Origin: Candidatus Saccharimonadota bacterium
GTDB lineage: Bacteria > Patescibacteriota > Gracilibacteria > UBA1369 > 2-02-FULL-48-14
NCBI GenBank assembly: GCA_041661045.1
Contig: JBAZVE010000001.1
Coordinates: forward strand, 870,001 to 902,000
Length of the DNA: 32,000 nucleotides
Direction of reading: 5' to 3'
Positions 30,306 through 32,000 of the stretch are shown here, in pieces. The translations under genes and the position numbers were made by a program. The notes under the pieces were generated by a model. The model was not told where the DNA came from. It saw only the letters and a program-made list of their open reading frames with translations, and made no database searches. Position 1 is the stretch's first letter. Each line of letters starts with the position of its first letter.

Positions 30306-30347
30306 GCGTCTCACGGCAAGAATAGGTAAGCTGAGACAGCAGCCAAT
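30306..30347 (+). repeat. Cassette-boundary repeat copy L (module 2 hairpin joined directly to the terminal AGCCAAT; GGGTAC...GGCC segment deleted)
   Basis: GCGTCTCACGGCAAGAATAGGTAAGCTGAGACAGCAGCCAATA. The GTCTCA/TGAGAC stem is retained, and the TAGGTAAG loop variant is shared with copy I. Confidence 0.7.
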
Positions 30348-30370
30348 ACTTTAAACGGAATAAACCTCTT

Positions 30371-30802
30371 ATGAAAAAATTCAATCCCTCCGTTACCCTC
30401 CTTTTATTTTTTCTGGTGGCTTGTAGCTCTACTCCGGATAAGGCATCCGTTCTTATTAGTTCGCCAACTGGAAACGAGGTATGGGGAATAGGCTCTAACC
30501 AGGTTATTAGTTGGGATGCGAAAAATTGGGATGCTAATGATTTTTTGGTTTTAACTCTGGAAGGGGAAGCTGGTGGAGAAATTGTATGTCTGGATAGGGA
30601 AGATTTCACGAAAAATCAGTGTGCGTGGGCGGTGGAAGGGGTCTTACGGGGGGATATTGTGGCAGAAATAGAGCCAGGGAAATATACACTGACCGCACGA
30701 TTGTATGATGATCTTATTTGCACCACTGGAGAGGGTTGTGATCAATACGAAGAAAGCCCCAAGCTTAAAGCCAAGGATTCGGTAAACATCGTGATTGAAT
30801 AG
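30371..30802 (+). CDS. Small lipoprotein, paralog of 22364..22780
   Basis: 143 aa with lipobox FLVAC. It shares the motifs VISWDA, PGKYTLTARLYDD and CTTGEGC with the 138-aa lipoprotein. Confidence 0.75.
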   Translation: MKKFNPSVTLLLFFLVACSSTPDKASVLISSPTGNEVWGIGSNQVISWDAKNWDANDFLVLTLEGEAGGEIVCLDREDFTKNQCAWAVEGVLRGDIVAEIEPGKYTLTARLYDDLICTTGEGCDQYEESPKLKAKDSVNIVIE

Positions 30803-30809
30803 TGAGGTC

Positions 30810-30962
30810 TTAAGTGCGGCGGCCTACACCCAGTAGTCGTGCGACTAAGATGATGAGCGCCAGCACCAAGAGGAGGTGGATCAGTGAGCCGGCTATGTTG
30901 AGGGAGAACCCTGCCAGCCAAGCGACGACCACCACAATGAGGATAATATCGAGGATGCCCAT
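30810..30962 (-). CDS. lmo0937-family mini membrane protein (50 aa)
   Basis: Below the ORF-track cutoff. Hand translated: MGILDIILIVVVVAWLAGFSLNIAGSLIHLLLVLALIILVARLLGVGRRT*. The W..G......G.LIHLLLV...I......GRR pattern fits that family. The two overlapping track ORFs in other frames have no features. Confidence 0.65.
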   Translation of the reverse strand: MGILDIILIVVVVAWLAGFSLNIAGSLIHLLLVLALIILVARLLGVGRRT

Positions 30963-31144
30963 AAAAAAGGGGGTAAAAATAGGTAACCCTGCAGTAGGGC
31001 ATCGTTCAGTGTGTGCCTAAAGGCAACGCTTGTCTATTAATATCCCTTGCCATAACTAGGTTGATTCACACCCAGTGCGCCTTAGGCGTAACATTGTGTT
31101 CCTTCTTTGGTAGGAATAACCTATTGGTGCTTAACCCCAAAACT

Positions 31145-31543
31145 ATGAAAGGTTATCACGGCGACATTGAGGGCCTTACCCTTGGCAATGAAAAATTTCG
31201 GCAGGTCCTTTATACCGGTAAGCATTCCCAACTTGTATTGATGTGTTTGCAAGCCTCTGAAGAAATTGGTGAAGAGGTCCATGCTGGAAATGACCAATTC
31301 TTTCGATTCGAAAGTGGTACGGGAAAAGTATTGATTGATGGAAACGAATATAGTGTTGGCAGCGGTTCGGTCGTCATCATCCCCGCAGGAGCCAAGCATA
31401 ACATTATTAATACTTCGTCTCACGATACGCTTAAGATGTATACCATCTACTCTCCGGCGCATCACAAAGAGGGCACCATTCACTCAACGAAAGCGGAGGC
31501 AAAAAGCGACCGTGAAGAGTTTGATGGGGTGACAACGGAATGA
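31145..31543 (+). CDS. Cupin-domain protein
   Basis: MKGYHGDIEG...GEEVHAGNDQFFRFESGTGKVLIDGNEYSVGSGSVVIIPAGAKHNIINTS carries the cupin motifs. The ATG at 31145 is preferred; the track start at 31013 adds 44 residues of implausible leader. Confidence 0.8.
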   Translation: MKGYHGDIEGLTLGNEKFRQVLYTGKHSQLVLMCLQASEEIGEEVHAGNDQFFRFESGTGKVLIDGNEYSVGSGSVVIIPAGAKHNIINTSSHDTLKMYTIYSPAHHKEGTIHSTKAEAKSDREEFDGVTTE

Positions 31544-31573
31544 GGGCAAAGTCTTGAGCGGACAGCCCTTGTT

Positions 31574-32000
31574 TTATAAATAAATAAAAAACTCTGAACC
31601 TTTTCCCGGTTCACTCTTTACTTCTATTCGGCCACCATGGGCCTCAACAAGGTCTTTTACGATGGTGAGGCCAACACCGGTTCCGCCTGTTTTTCTGGAA
31701 CGAGATTTATCCACTCGGTAGAATCGTTCAAAAATATAAGGGAGATCTTCTTCAGAAATTCCTATTCCATCGTCTTTTACTGAGAGGCAATCTTCGTTGT
31801 TCTTCCTTCCCGTGGATACTGCAATATGCCCGCCGTTTGCAGTGTAGGCAATGGCATTCGCAAGCAGATTCATCACCACTTGAATGAACTTTTCTCGATC
31901 GACTTTCATGCTTGGTAAATCCTCCTCAAGGTTCATTTTGAGGTTCAACGCTTTGGATTCAAATTCGGGCCTCATATTTTTAACGACCTCCCTGATGAGT
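31574..32000 (-). CDS. Sensor histidine kinase, C-terminal HATPase_c part (N-terminus beyond the right edge)
   Basis: N box NLLANAIAYT, G1 DDGIGI, F box FERFYRVD, G2 GGTGVGLTIV. The frame remains open upstream of the track ATG through position 31999 (..LIREVVKNMRPEF..). Confidence 0.85.
   Translation of the reverse strand, partial: LIREVVKNMRPEFESKALNLKMNLEEDLPSMKVDREKFIQVVMNLLANAIAYTANGGHIAVSTGRKNNEDCLSVKDDGIGISEEDLPYIFERFYRVDKSRSRKTGGTGVGLTIVKDLVEAHGGRIEVKSEPGKGSEFFIYL

Noticed and set aside
16338-30347. Whether the repeated motif could be a CRISPR array
   Set aside because: Repeat spacing is 350-3000 bp and the intervals contain full-length ORFs. The repeats are modular and variable in length, and no cas genes are present. 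This is not CRISPR.
16338-30347. Whether the repeats are classical integron attC sites
   Set aside because: I could not find the RYYYAAC inverse core or the GTTRRRY core at the repeat ends. The ends are conserved in primary sequence (GGCCAGCCAWT) and do not show the attC pattern of conserved structure with variable sequence. No intI-like gene or attI is in the window. Only the cassette-like architecture is integron-like.
30742-31020. Track ORFs 30742..31002(-) and 30814..31020(+)
   Set aside because: Both are Arg/Pro-rich shadow frames of a locally GC-rich stretch. The third frame gives a clean 50-aa lmo0937-type membrane peptide, which is preferred.
31991-32000. CTGATGAG hammerhead-ribozyme core motif, and CTGAAAC in repeat module 2
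   Set aside because: The CTGATGAG lies inside the histidine-kinase coding frame at the window edge with no matching GAAA or stem context. The repeat lacks the CUGANGA box. No known self-cleaving ribozyme core could be assembled.
1-32000. Alternative genetic code (UGA recoding, as in some candidate phyla)
   Set aside because: TGA terminates well-supported genes at sensible lengths (for example 8363, 22780 and 25811), and long conserved proteins show no internal TGA-dependent breaks. The standard bacterial code fits.

Overview
Bacterial window of roughly 40% GC (judged by eye). It uses the standard genetic code: TAA, TAG and TGA all close long ORFs. Shine-Dalgarno motifs are almost absent, and small membrane proteins and SLH-domain surface proteins are common. 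It looks like an uncultivated lineage, possibly CPR/Peregrinibacteria-like, but that is inference only. The window has three parts. (1) 1-16.3 kb: a truncated NhaC-type antiporter is followed by a ~15 kb block of about 24 genes, all on the minus strand, forming a copper/heavy-metal homeostasis island. It holds a multicopper oxidase, a double beta-propeller lipoprotein, a CsoR repressor with a palindromic operator, a CPH-type (CopB-like) P1B ATPase, YHS and DUF2933 mini-proteins, DUF302, DsbA, ArsR plus an HMA-CDF efflux pump, a SAM methyltransferase, a decayed second CDF-like gene, and about ten uncharacterised Cys/His-motif membrane proteins. (2) 16.3-30.4 kb is the most unusual part. About 11 gene cassettes are each closed on the 3' side, usually 0-11 nt after a plus-strand stop codon, by a same-orientation conserved repeat. 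Its core is AAGGGTACTAGACCCGAGTGGCCAGCCAWT; five copies also carry a ~55 nt hairpin module and two of those a further ~30 nt extension. Cargo is mostly small secreted, lipoprotein, membrane or SLH proteins, plus a PAS-ECF sigma fusion, a DHFR-like protein, YggS and an FAD oxidoreductase. I found twelve copies and none outside this interval. The array also contains a duplicated cassette, a yggS remnant and a nonsense-interrupted ORF. The layout resembles an integron cassette array, but the repeats are not attC-like and no recombinase lies in the window. (3) 30.8-32 kb: an lmo0937-type mini membrane protein, a cupin, and the 3' part of a histidine kinase that runs off the right edge.
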